A stretch of DNA of 64,000 nt from the human T2T-CHM13v2.0 reference genome, Homo sapiens, in the NCBI RefSeq assembly GCF_009914755.1, contig NC_060947.1; one strand, given 5' to 3'. The notes under the pieces are model-generated. The model made no database searches. It was not told where the DNA came from and saw only the letters and a list, made by a program, of their open reading frames with translations. Below, piece by piece: positions 1 to 12,574 of this stretch. Numbering within the stretch: position 1 is the first letter of the stretch; each line of letters opens with the position of its first letter. The translations under genes and the position numbers were made by a program.

Positions 1-1211
1 AAAATACCACTAGGATGAAGTGGGAGGAATGATCTGAGTGTAATTTATTTGAAAACTTGGTTCTGTCAGAGGGAATTTAAGTTAATGTTAATAACAGAGC
101 CTCTTGAAAAGAGGTCAAGGGGGTAACGTCGCTTTAAAAAATTCTGTTTCATAATCCTGTTAGTTTAGAAGGAGGAGGAGTTCAGTTTGTCTGAAGGAGA
201 CAAGGGGGAGCCACGGCCTCAGGTCCTTGCTTTGAACTTTTGAGCTTCTTAGCAAAGGGAATCAATATTCAGAAAGATTTCACTACAAGTTGCAAGAACT
301 TGGACTCTTCGTTCAACGTGATTATTTCCTACCCTCTAGCTGTCCATAAGAGAATCTCTTAAACACGCTGTTCAGGCCTGATCAAAACATTAGCCAAGCC
401 TTATGATGTCTGGACATGCTAGGCAACACGGGAGTCATTAATCAGGGGGTTACTGACAGATGTTAAGTACAAGCATCTGTATGTTAAGATTTTTCTTTTA
501 CTGATTAACACATAACGGGGCCTGAGGCCTGGAAAAAGGGATAAAACATATTTGGAGATGTGCAGTGCAGGCAGAGTTGACCCAGATTCAGGAACCAGAA
601 GATAAAATGCAAAGTGGGAATCTTGACATTAGTAAGTGAATTTGAACAGTATTAAACATCTTAATTCTCCTAATGATCCTGAATGTTTTAAGGATAATTA
701 AGGTTAACTAAAATAAATAGGCCTGCTCGTTCAAGTGCACATGGTGAGCATATTCTTAGGAAATGAAATTATCCATTTTTGTTTCCCAGGTAAGAATTAA
801 TTTATAGAAAGAATCCACCAGCAGAAAATTTTTTTTAATACTCGGTTTAAGTAGGTACCAATTCCTTAGAAATTTTCTCAGTAACCAGGAAGAAAGTTCC
901 TATATTATTATGCCAGTGTAATAGACCAGCATGTTAGTCACTTAAGTCTAGAGGAAATGAATTTATTACAGTGTAATCTGTGCTATTAAGTACTCGGGGA
1001 TCACCATTAAGCTATAAATCAGTGTCACTGTTGATTCAGGGGAAAAAAAAACCAGTAACGAGTCTTCACAGGTTTTTCTCACAGACCCACAGGAATCTAG
1101 AAAAAATGAGAAAAACCTCAACCTTGGGGTTTAATGTACATGCAATATGACTGCTATATAAGGAAGAATAAAAGTCCCTTCAGGGTAGTATATTTTAACT
1201 CCAATTACATG

Positions 1212-2062
<851 letters not shown>

Positions 2063-2394
2063 CATATATATGGATTTGTAAGAAATCTATTGTGTAATTG
2101 TATTTGAGGACAAAATGTTTTATAATGTGCTTAAGAGGTTCGCAATGAAGAAATGACAAAACCCTTTACAGAACTCAAGCTCCAAAATAAAATAATGGTC
2201 AAAATACAGTTTTGTAGCAAAACTTTATCAAAAATGTGGAGTGGAGCAAGGTTATTATTTAGTACTTTACCTTGTATAATTGGGATAGAGAAAGAATCAC
2301 AGGTACCAGTAGATGTGTGATTGCATGGACTTCACTGAATTGCTAAATTGGCTTCATGAAATGAAGGCACATGGTTCATAAAGAATAATGGTTA

Positions 2395-2630
2395 AGAAGT
2401 ATTGAGAGCTTAGTGAGTTTAAGACACTCTTCTACATGTATCACCTCATTTAAGCCCCACAACAACTTTATGCTATGATTAAGTACTATTATCCCCATTT
2501 TACATTATTGTCCTCATTTTACATAAGAGGTAACTAAAGTTTATAAAAGACATCCAGGTTTACACACAATTAGCAAGGGGTGGAGCTAGGATCCAAACCC
2601 ACGCAGTCTGATTTTGTGTTCATAACCACC
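2395..2630 (-). mobile_element. MIR
   Basis: Reverse MIR core (tattatccccattttaca...gagctaggatccaaaccc) with a small internal duplication of the core. Confidence 0.75.
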
Positions 2631-3761
2631 ACATAGGAATAGGGGCTGCTGCTCTTCCCACTCTACTGGAGGGAACGTTATAGATCAATTCAGACCAAGT
2701 CCATCCTACTCCTCCATATCTGTATCGTGGAGATGGAGAACCATAAAGTTCTACTTGGTATCACTTGTCACCGTTGTGATTTTACTGTGAGTGGTGAGAT
2801 TTTTGGGGTTAATGTCTGTCTCTCACATAAGCGTGGAAATCAGTAGCCCAAGGACTGTGACTACTGCCGGGATAAGAACTCATGTTCAAATATAGGAAGA
2901 GTATCCTAAGTCTTTATTTATTGCCAAAATAAATATGCAAATAAATAAGTAAAGAAAAGAAACCAGCTCATATGTGCTTGGGTCCTGCCCTTTTGCATAC
3001 CAAATTAGGGATTGATATGTCAGGGTACTTCTGGGGCTTTAGGGAGTAAGGAGATGGAGGTGGCTTGGTCTTCATGTCAGAAGGGTGTAGCAGGTATGGG
3101 GGTTCTGAGGACAGGGAAGTGCTTGCCAAATGTGTTTCTGTCCCTGGGCTGTGCTAATCCCTGTTGTCTGGAAGGACAGCCTGATTCCAAGTCTCAGTGG
3201 AAGCTGGCAGCCAAGCCCCAAGTTCAAATGGATTCTAAGATGTCCCTGCTCACTGCACAGGCTTCAAGGTTAATGGGCAGATGGGAGTAGGAAGAAGGGC
3301 AGGAGAAATGTGCTTGGAGGGAACAAGAACTGGGAGCAAAGAGCTTTTGATGCAGTCCAGCAGGGAGCACGTCCTCTGAGCTTCTTCCTTTTTCCCACAC
3401 CATCCCTCAGAACCTCCGCCTCCCCCTTCCAGCTCTGACTAGCCCTTTTTCCTTTGTTAAAGGGGATCTTTTAGAACCAGTTCATAAGGAGGTGGAAATT
3501 CAGCTGCAATTGGAACAATTAGTCTTGGTTGACACCCCTGCTCATCTTTGGGCACTTAGAGAAAAGAGATAAAATGGTGAGCCCTGAGCTTTAAATCTTT
3601 TTATGCAATCAGGCTGCTTTAAAAAAAAGGAAGCCATTATTTTTAGGTTTGTCATGTTTGTCTCACCATGATAAAGTGAACCATCTAACTCAAACTGAGG
3701 CCAGAGAACGAGCCCAGTGCAGCTGTCAAAAAGGCTTGGGAAAAAGGAGAAAAAATAGTTT

Positions 3762-4118
3762 TCACGTGCTGTTCCTTCTGTCTGGAATGCTCTTTCCCCA
3801 CCTCTTGAGATTGCAACTCAATTGTCACTTCTTAAGGGAAGGATTTCTAATTGTGTGCCCCCTCCTTCCTTCAAGGTCACAGTCTCCTATTACCTGTTTT
3901 CCAAGAATGATATAATTCTCCTTGGTATCATCTGTCACGGTTGTGATTTTACTCTTACTGGTGAAATTCTTTGGATTAGTGTCTGTCTCCCACATTTGAT
4001 TTGAAGTTTCACAAAGGCAGGGACTTCCCTCCTCACCTACAGGATCCCTAGTGTTGATGTAATATCTGGCACACATAAGGTGAACAGTAATGATTTGCTG
4101 ACTAGATGAATGACTCAT
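3762..4118 (+). mobile_element. L2 3' end
   Basis: gctgttccttctgtctggaatgctctt...gtctgtctccc...ggcagggac...ctggcacaca...tgaatga tail. Confidence 0.75.
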
Positions 4119-4176
4119 TAAACAAGATCCAGCATATCAAAGTAGTTTATTTTGCACTATTTCCTCCTTCAACAGA

Positions 4177-4415
4177 GACAGTATAGTATATGAAGGTAGC
4201 TCTGGAGTGAGAATAGTTGGGTTCAAATCCCAGTTTTGGCATTTACTAGTTGTTTAACCTTGGCAAAATTACTTCAGGTCTCTGTCTCAGTTTCCTTATC
4301 TGTAAAATGGGGAGAAGACCTTTGTCATAGCACTGTTGTGAGGACTCCATGAATTAATACATGTGAAGCATGTGCTTGGCATACTTATTACATTCAATCA
4401 ATGTGAGCTGTTATT
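4177..4415 (+). mobile_element. MIR, near full length
   Basis: gggttcaaatcccag...ctcagtttccttatctgtaaaatgggg...ttgtgaggac...aatacatgtgaagc. Confidence 0.85.
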
Positions 4416-5189
4416 TTATTAAAGCCCTTGCTTCAGACCACACTGAGCAATTGCCTGCAGCTGCTCGTTATACAAATTATGCCTTCTGACACCAGTGGCA
4501 GAGATATTGCACTGCGTTTTAATTCATACACCTAGGGTCCAATCCTGATCCCCTACATTCTCTGTTTCACTCCATTACTTGATTTGATGTCACTGAGGCT
4601 GGCAGTGAAGGGATCCTTTGCTTTTCAAGGAGAAGTAAACAAGAGAGTGAAGCATAAATCCATTAGCTTCCTAGGCTACCTCGGTTGCAAAGCGGTAAAA
4701 TGAAATAAGTGTCTTCTGTGTTGCACTTTGAAGTAACAGGAAAATAAGTGACCTGTCAACCACTAATTACTCAGCAGATCACCAATGAGGGGCTCTAGCT
4801 TCCATGAGATTGCCTCAGAGCCAGCTAGGTGCTTGTGGTTCAGTACATCAGCCACTATGTTAGTCAATGAAGAGTAATTGAGTGAAGCAAGGGATTCCCA
4901 TTTATTTGGTGCAGAGATTATGCATGAGGTTATAAGACTTTGAAACAAATACCCGATGATTAGGAGGAAGTTGTGAGCTCTGATCTGGCCACCAGTGAGC
5001 AACTGTGGTGGGTATCCTATCCACAGACCCGAAAATCCTCGTCTCCTTGGCCCTTTGTACATTGTTGATGGGAAAGGCTCTGTTTTGTTTTCTTATGCTC
5101 ATGTTGTATCTAGAGATTTTAGGATAAGGATCTGTTTTTCTGCTTCCTCTGGGTGTAGCAGCTTGGACTTTTCTTTGAGGAGAGCCTTA

Positions 5190-5376
5190 TGGCTCTAAAC
5201 TCAGGTTCTGGAATGAGAGAGCCGGTGTTTGACTTCTAGTGTCATCACTTAGGAGTTCTGTCACCTTGTAATGCCACCTAACCTCTCTGTTCCAGTTTTC
5301 TCATTGGCAAAATGACCCCAATCTTAAAGGTTGTCGTGAAGATTAAATGAATTAGTACATGTAAAGCATTAGCATG
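5190..5376 (+). mobile_element. MIR
   Basis: aacctctctgttccagttttctcatt...ggttgtcgtgaagattaaatgaattagtacatgtaaagc. Confidence 0.75.
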
Positions 5377-5439
5377 CCAATTCAAATAGAGTTAATGGTC
5401 AACAAATTATGATTATTAGTGGTAGTTGTATTTGCTGCT

Positions 5440-5592
5440 TCTTTTTGATATAACTATATGGCCATCTCTGTGTTAAAAGCTTTACATACATTATCTTGTT
5501 TAGCCCTCTCAATCTTGCCTTTGAGTTAGGTATTATTCTTTTCTCCATTTTACAGATGAGAAAGAGATTAAATTGTTTGTCCAGGGTCATGA
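5440..5592 (-). mobile_element. MIR
   Basis: gctttacatacattatc...ctccattttacagatgagaaa...tccagggtcat. Confidence 0.75.
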
Positions 5593-5892
5593 AACCAGTG
5601 AGTCAGAGCTTCTGCTCTTTGCCACTACATGCGGAAGAAGGAAGGAGATGTAGAGGAGGGAGGGCCATCAATCAAGTCTCTAGGCAAGATGTTTGCTCTG
5701 TCCTCGGGAAAGACAGAAAGGAAGTCCAAGGACCCTGGGCAGTGAGCTGCCCCCACCTGAGCAAAGAACGCAGCATGCCACCTGGCTTCCCTAACACTTA
5801 TACTTATTGTCACCATGGTAATTGGTCCTAATGGCATGGAGCTACCTACCCCCTTTTCTTCCTGACTCCAGAGTGAGGCAAACAAATGTCAG

Positions 5893-6478
5893 TATAGCCC
5901 AGTGACTCAAAGAAGGGCCTCTGGATTCATGCTGCTGTGGTTCAATCTGATAGCTTTTTGAGTGATCTTGAACATTCAATCAACTCTCTAGGCCAGTAGT
6001 TTTCAAAGTGTGTTCTGAAGATCCAAGGAAGTCCGTGAAGTCCAAACAATTTCTGTAATAACAGTAAGAACTTACTTGCTTGTTTCATTTCTATTCCCTC
6101 ATGAATATACAGTGAAGATTTGCAGAGGCCCCATGATGAATGATGATTTCATCACTCTGATGGCTAATGGAGTGTGTGCTTGTGTGTTCTTGGGTTTTAA
6201 AAACTTCAGTTTTAATTTCTAAGTTGCAAAGTATTGAGATACATATAATATTCCACATAAACAGAAGCTTGTTGGGGTTCTCCAAGATTTTTATAAGTTT
6301 AAAGTGGCCTTAACATCAAAGAGTTTGAGGATCACTGCTCTGGGCTTTAGTTTGTTCTATAGGTTATGTATAATAACAGTATCAACCTTATAACATTGTT
6401 AGAATTAAATAAGATAATGCACATCAAGCTCCTTGCCAATTGCCTGGCATATAGTAGGTGCTCAGTAAATGGTAATAA
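5893..6478 (+). mobile_element. MIR split by a hAT MITE (MIR parts about 5893-5993 and 6338-6478)
   Basis: MIR head before the insert. MIR 3' half and tail (gcctggcatatagtaggtgctcagtaaatggt) after it. Confidence 0.75.
5994..6337 (+). mobile_element. Non-autonomous hAT-Charlie DNA transposon (subfamily uncertain)
   Basis: TIRs cagtagttttcaaa / tttgaggatcactg. 8-bp TSD ctct(a/g)ggc at 5986-5993 and 6338-6345, as expected for hAT. Confidence 0.8.
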
Positions 6479-6989
6479 TTTTCAATGCCGTTATTGATTT
6501 ACTTTGTTCTGCGTTTGCTGAGGCTCTGCAGCTAACTGCCTTGGAAACCACAAAGAGGAGTGCATATGTTTATTTGTTGGTGATCACATTGCTGGGTACA
6601 GTGGAAAAACATGTAAGAGCTTTCAATCTGTTTGGAGATACAGGACTTGTGAAACAACATCAAAGCAGGTAAGATGAAATGTAAATTAGATCGAGTAGAG
6701 TATAAGTGCAAAACTGAACTGAGCAAGACACTTCTGCACTTACATTTTGTAGGAGTTTGGAGAAAAGGGAGACTGAAACGAGAGATGGATGGCAGACTGA
6801 CTGGGTGCCACGTGTCCCTGAAATGTCCTAACCATACTCAATAAGAGTGTGTGCCTTCTCAGGGAGTCTATAGGGCATGTGCCAGGCCCTTAATATCTAC
6901 ACTGAAAATGGCGTGTTCATTTCCAGGAATACTCTGGTGCACTTTAACAAAACAAAAACCAAATTCCTACTTCTGAAATCCTTTTATCA

Positions 6990-7222
6990 GAAAATGCAGG
7001 GATTTGGAGTCAGCTGACCTGTGCCAAATCCTGATTCTGTTACTTCAGTGGCTGTGGGAGCTGGGGCATGTCCAGTCAGCATATGGAATCTTGAGATCCT
7101 GATGTGACAAATGGGGTGGTACTAATACCAGTCCTGCCTAGACTTGGCCCCCAATGTAAGGGGAACAAATGAGATCGTGTAGGCGATGCCACTTTGCACA
7201 TTCTGAAGCACTAAATGAATGT
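6990..7222 (+). mobile_element. MIR (diverged)
   Basis: tttggagtcagctgacctgtgccaaatcctgattctg...aaatgggg...aaatgagatcgtgt. Confidence 0.6.
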
Positions 7223-7814
7223 GCAATGGTGTCACCACATGGTCTTTTGCCTCTTTTGCCTATTACATCTCTACCCCCATGATGTTCTGAGACTGGTGGC
7301 ATCTGCTCCAGAGAGGAAGCAGGCCTGGAATAGCCCGGGTATTTACGGAGGAGATTGGCAGAGTGTGAGTTGTGAAACTCAGTGGTCTGCTCCAGATCAT
7401 CCTGTTGAGTTCCTCACTCTCATGAGCACTAAATTTACTCTCCCCATTTTTTAAAAAATAGCTTCAGAAATTTGCTCTATTATGTTTCTCTTCACTTTAT
7501 GTTGGGGGGAATTTGAGAATACTTCCATACAAAGGGCTGTTCTTTGACTGAGAATGATCCTGTCAGGCATATAGCTCACCTCTCACTTGTCAGGCACACG
7601 GCAAGAGAATGACTTTCTCAGAATTAATGGCCTTTTCTAAACCCATTAAAGAAACTCTAAAGATTAGGGCTGCTGTTCCCAAGCATGAGGATCATTTTAT
7701 GTGGATTGGCCACTTTGAATAAGCTAGTGACTAGTGGAAGAGTAGCTGTAACCCTGCCCTCTGAAGGCTTGTACTCATAATGAGCTCAAATGTGACCTAA
7801 GGACAACTAAACCG

Positions 7815-8046
7815 GTAAGTCTGAGACTTGATTACCCTGTATGTTTTGCAGCCTCCTCCTCTTACTCAGTGTGTGACCTTAGGCAGCTCACTGCACCTCT
7901 GTGGGATTCAGTTTCTGCATCTGCCATAGAGGGATCATGAGTACCGATCCTCCAGGGCTGACATGAAAATTAAAGAAGGTAGAGTGTCTACAGTGCTGAT
8001 CTACGTGATTGGCATATAGGCAACACTCTGCAAATGTTAGCTGTTA
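7815..8046 (+). mobile_element. MIR
   Basis: gtgtgaccttaggcagctcactgcacctctgtgggattcagtttctgcatctg...caaatgttagctgttat. Confidence 0.7.
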
Positions 8047-9019
8047 TGACTGTGATGATGTTAGGACCTTGTCACAGTGTAAAGGAAGCCATATCCCTGA
8101 CCTCTGAGGGCATGTGCTCAAAATGAGATAAAATACAGAAAGACAAGCAATCCAAACGTGGGCAGAAGGGGCAGGGAGGTTGCATTCAGTCCAGTGGTTT
8201 CACCGAACCCTCCTTCCTTTCCATCTCCTCCTACCAAAATTGTTAACTTTACCACAGAACAAGACATTATTTTAACTGCCTAGAAACCAGGGCTTCTTTC
8301 GTTTTTTCCCCAAGTGGGGTGAGGGGGAAGGAAAAGAGAGAGGAAATAAACACCAGCTGGGATGAGAATATGAAGAAAAGATAGGTTTCTTTTTTTTCCA
8401 TTAAAAAAAAAAGAATGGGGTAGTGGGGACAGGGAGAAAAATGTGTTTTGAATGTGGAGGTACTGTTGCAAATAGCACAGGCAGTTTCCCAGAGCCGCAC
8501 TTCTTCCAATCATCTCAGAGCAGGCAGTGCTCTGGCCCCAGCCAATTATTTATTTACACAAGAGGTACAGATGCCAGAGGCAGGTGTCAAAATAATTAAT
8601 AACACTCCCGAAATGAATAGTCTCTCCGTAACTCTGCCAGCCCGTGTAGGCTGGCTCCTCAGGAGAGAGCTCCCTGAGAAACTGCTCCCAGCCAGAGCAA
8701 TGGTCTGGGTCCACTGCGCAAACATTCAGTACTGATCTGTAGCTACACTCTACCGCCCATTGCGTATGAGGGTGAGGGCTTGCCTTTTCAAGAGACTCAC
8801 CTTCATCCCTTCTTGAAATACCTAGTACTTCGCGAAAGCTGAATCTTTGCTCAAAAGTCTTTGAGTTTTTCTAGCCAGAGAAATGCAGAGGCAGACTGGG
8901 GGACTCCAAAGTGGTGGGAACTGCTGTTTCTTGAAGATAAATTTGCAATAAAATGAATTCTACAATTGAGGATTAAAAGGATTTCAAATTTAAATTGAAT
9001 TAAAATTTTAAAACTTAAT

Positions 9020-9190
9020 TCACTTATTTTTCAAAACAACCTTACAAGGTATACACTACTATTATCCCCATTTCCAGACGAAGAAACCGAGTCACAAAAA
9101 GGGTAAGTAATTTGCTCAAGTAAGTAGTAGATCTAGAATTTGAACTCAGGTGGGCTGGCTCTAAGGTAAATGCTCTTAACCATTAAACAC
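9020..9190 (-). mobile_element. MIR
   Basis: attatccccatttccagacgaagaaaccgagtcaca...aagtaatttgctcaag...gaatttgaactcagg. Confidence 0.8.
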
Positions 9191-11867
9191 TCTGCTTTGC
9201 TCCCTCCTGTTCATTCCAGAGATTGAACTTCCTTCTCTTGACCTTACAGCCAAAGGTTGTTATTGTGTCATATAAATATACTTTCTATAACTATGTGTGT
9301 TGGTATTTATTTCTCATTGAGGTTGAGAAGGTCTTGGTGCTTTGAACATCTTCCCACCTATCCTGTGCACAACTGCACACACTCTCAAATAATGAAAACA
9401 TTTTTCTTTTTGATTTTACAAGCTGATATTATTCTCTTTGGAGCTTTGGTGTCTTAGAAATGCACTGTAACCTTAATTACAACTCGTATCAGGGGAGTTG
9501 TACTCAGTTTTAAGGGACTGCTTCACCGTTCTAACTGTGGAGAAATGGGAAGTTATTTCCCAGTGGCTCGAATTAGAATTAATGCACTGAGCTCTCCAGA
9601 CCACAGACAGAATCATGAGACATTGGGTAAGCATCTGAATCGGGGAATTTTCAGCCTCCTGGCAAATGCTTCTTTTTTCTTCACCCCTTCCCCAAGCCTG
9701 CCCAGGAGAAGTCCGTGCCTTGGGGAGTAGGGACTTGAGCTAACTATCAGGTTGGCAATCAGTGAATGCCTGCTGGTGGATTGATTGCTAGAGTCTGCTA
9801 GAGAAGAACTTTTGAAACCTCAGGAGCAAAAGAGTGTGTGTTCTTGATTCTAGGGCCAGATCCAATCTCCTCAAAAAATTAAGACAAAGTCAGAGTTTCC
9901 CCGACAAAACCCACATTTGGCAGTCTTCAGAAAGTTTCTATCACCTGCAGGATGGAAAAATCATGGTCCCCAGGGAAGGTAATGGGTACTTATTTCATGT
10001 TTTCGCTTTCATTGCAGATGGAAGCAGCAGCAATAGGAACAGCAGCAACACAGCCTCGGACCAACTGAGCATTTAATTGAACACCTAATGGAGTGACACT
10101 TTGTTTCCTAGGCAAATTTGGTTGCTATTAACAGGGAGGTAGTTATCATGGTTAAATTTACTCATTACAACAAAGTACTAGGGGAGCTTTTTAATATTTA
10201 TGTGACAATAATTGATCTCTTACCACTGTCAAGTACTGCTAAAGACTTATCAGCTTGCTGTTTCAGCACCATATGTTGTAGCCAAGATGCACTCCATGTG
10301 TCCTTCCTGTGCCTTGGGGAGAGAACATTTGCAGTAGATCAGAATAGAAAATGGTATGGGTTTCAGAAAAGCTGCTTGCTCTCAGCTTTCTCGTCAGTGA
10401 CCGGGGTATGCAAGTTGTGACTATAAAGTAATGAGACTACCTTCCAAAACCACCCGTGAAATGAAGCCTCGACCTTTAATTGTTCTCTTCCCTAGGTTTG
10501 AACCAAGAACTGGTCGACCTAATTAAAGGGGATTCCTCGTAAATTCGCCTTGTATTGCATTCAACTTATTTTAAATAGGGCATTCTGTGAAATCTGAAAA
10601 CCCGCCTACAATTAAAACACTAACATCTATACCATTTGGTTTTTCTTAATGAGCCATGTGCTGATTTCACTTGTCTTATTTCAGCAATAACAAGGATTAG
10701 CACACACATACCATAAATCTCCCAGGAACCTAAGGAGTGGGCTTTTAGAATTTTTCTTGAGGCAGATTTCATTTGAACTTTATTTATGGGAGTGAGTGAG
10801 CTACTTGGGGAAAGAGAGTTTAACTGTTTCAAACTGTGAGGGTCCCCTTAAGTAAACTGCGTCTGGGAATCACAGTGTGGGTCAAGGAGCTAGAAACATT
10901 AAGCATCCCACAGTCATATGCATAGGGAGGCTACCTCAATAGCTCTGCCTGCCTGATGAGGTGGGGTTGCAATGACCCTTGGGTCGTCTGGAGGGTCACA
11001 GTTTCAGAAGATGTGGTGAAATAAGGCAAGTGTGTTACCATGACCATGATAATATTTATATTTTAGAAGTATCTTGATGTGGTGGGCCTTAAGGAACTGA
11101 CATTCACAAGTCTTCCTCCAAGCACACACTGTCTACTAGGTCAATCACACAATGAGCTGTTAATATTTAAAATCTAAACACAACAAAAATTTTTTAAAAA
11201 TGGATCTGTCAATCACAGTGGAATGCTATTTTCCTGGGATCACTGTGCCACCATCTTTTCTGGGATCGAGAATCTCCTTTTCCGTTCGTTTGTTAGTTTG
11301 CTTTTTTGCACCGTTGGAGGAGAACGTTTTCAAAGCAAATTAAGAGAAAATTGAAGAAATGGACCTTTAACCCTTCCTCAGAGCTACTGATGAGGGCCTG
11401 AGAGAAACTTCTCTTTAAAATCCTCTGGAAATCTAGAAGCCATTTGAACATGTTCATTAGTGGCCTTTGGCCAATGATGTCTGTACATTTCTTAGACAAC
11501 TTTTCATATATTTGGAAAATTCAATCCAGCCCTAATGCCACTGTGGATTATTTCCTTGGGCTCCTGGATATTTTCTGTGCTTCTTCTTCTTTTTTTTGGA
11601 TCTGATAATTTTTTGTAATTAAGGGAAATAAACCCTCAAACAAATTACTTATTATCATGTTTTATTATTTTTCTAAGCAGTTTCCTATTCATAATCTGTC
11701 CTGGTCCTCATTAACACTTCTGGGATTGAAATTGTTAAATTGCTTTTGCCCATATAAGTAGATATAGTAACATTTAGGCTGATGCCTTGGCTTTGAGGTG
11801 TTTCTAGTTTCAATGAGCAGCTATTAGTCAGTTGAATTTGATGCAGCTTTAATCAAATTAATTAATT

Positions 11868-12150
11868 AATTTTTCAGAGACAGGGACTTGCTCTATCCAC
11901 CAAGCCAGAGTGCAGTTGTGCAATCACAGCTCATTGTAACCTTGAACTCCTGAGCTCAAGGGATTCTCCTGCCTCAGCCCCCCAAGCAGCTAAGACCACA
12001 GGTGCATACTACCACATCTGGCTCATTTTGTAAAAAGTTTTTGTATAGATGGGGTCTCACTAAGTTGTCTAGGCTGCTCTTGAATTTTTGGCGATATTCC
12101 CGCCTCAGCTTCACAAAGTTCTGGGATTATAGGCAGGATAGTACCTGGCC
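11868..12150 (-). mobile_element. AluJ, diverged
   Basis: Reverse dimeric Alu with J-type ttgaactcctgagctcaagggattctcc. Confidence 0.9.
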
Positions 12151-12453
12151 TTCAACTTTATTTTAATATTCTATCTCAGTTGCTGCTCATTTTTATCTCA
12201 TTCCTGACTGATTTCTGTCTTCTACCTATGCTGTTAGCCTAACTAATTATCTGGGAAAATTTGTGAAGAAATGGCTTTCTCCAGAAAAATGCAAACCCAT
12301 TCAAAATTTTGCTCATGGGTCCACTTATAGTGTGATCCCAAGGAAGGCCATGCCCTAGCTTTGGAATCTCTCAGTTAGATGGTTGTGTACCTGTTTCTGT
12401 CATGATCATCGGGTCTCTGAAGCAAACCATCTTAGAAAGGAGATGACTTAGAC

Positions 12454-12574
12454 CAGGAGTTAGAAAATTTTTGTCTGTAAAGGGCTATATGATCTCTCTT
12501 GCAATTACTATCCTCTCCTATAGTAGCATGAAAGCAGCCATAGAGATATGTAAATGATGGGCGTGGTTGTGTTC
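12454..12574 (+). mobile_element. MER58A (hAT-Charlie) 5' part, cut by an LTR; remainder absent
   Basis: ctgtaaagggc...gtagcatgaaagcagccatagag...gggcgtggttgtgttc follows the MER58A consensus up to the break. Confidence 0.75.

Noticed and set aside
781-796. Strong plus-strand donors (cccag|gtaaga at 790; also about 7815 and 40954)
   Set aside because: No convincing paired acceptor or open frame; isolated consensus donors occur by chance.
9834-10076. Donor gaag|gtaatg and acceptor ttcattgcag| framing an S/N-rich reading frame
   Set aside because: The implied intron is only about 40 nt, too short for the human spliceosome, and the frame soon stops.
10262-10282. REST/RE1-like ttcagcacca
   Set aside because: Left half-site only; the GGACAG right half is absent.
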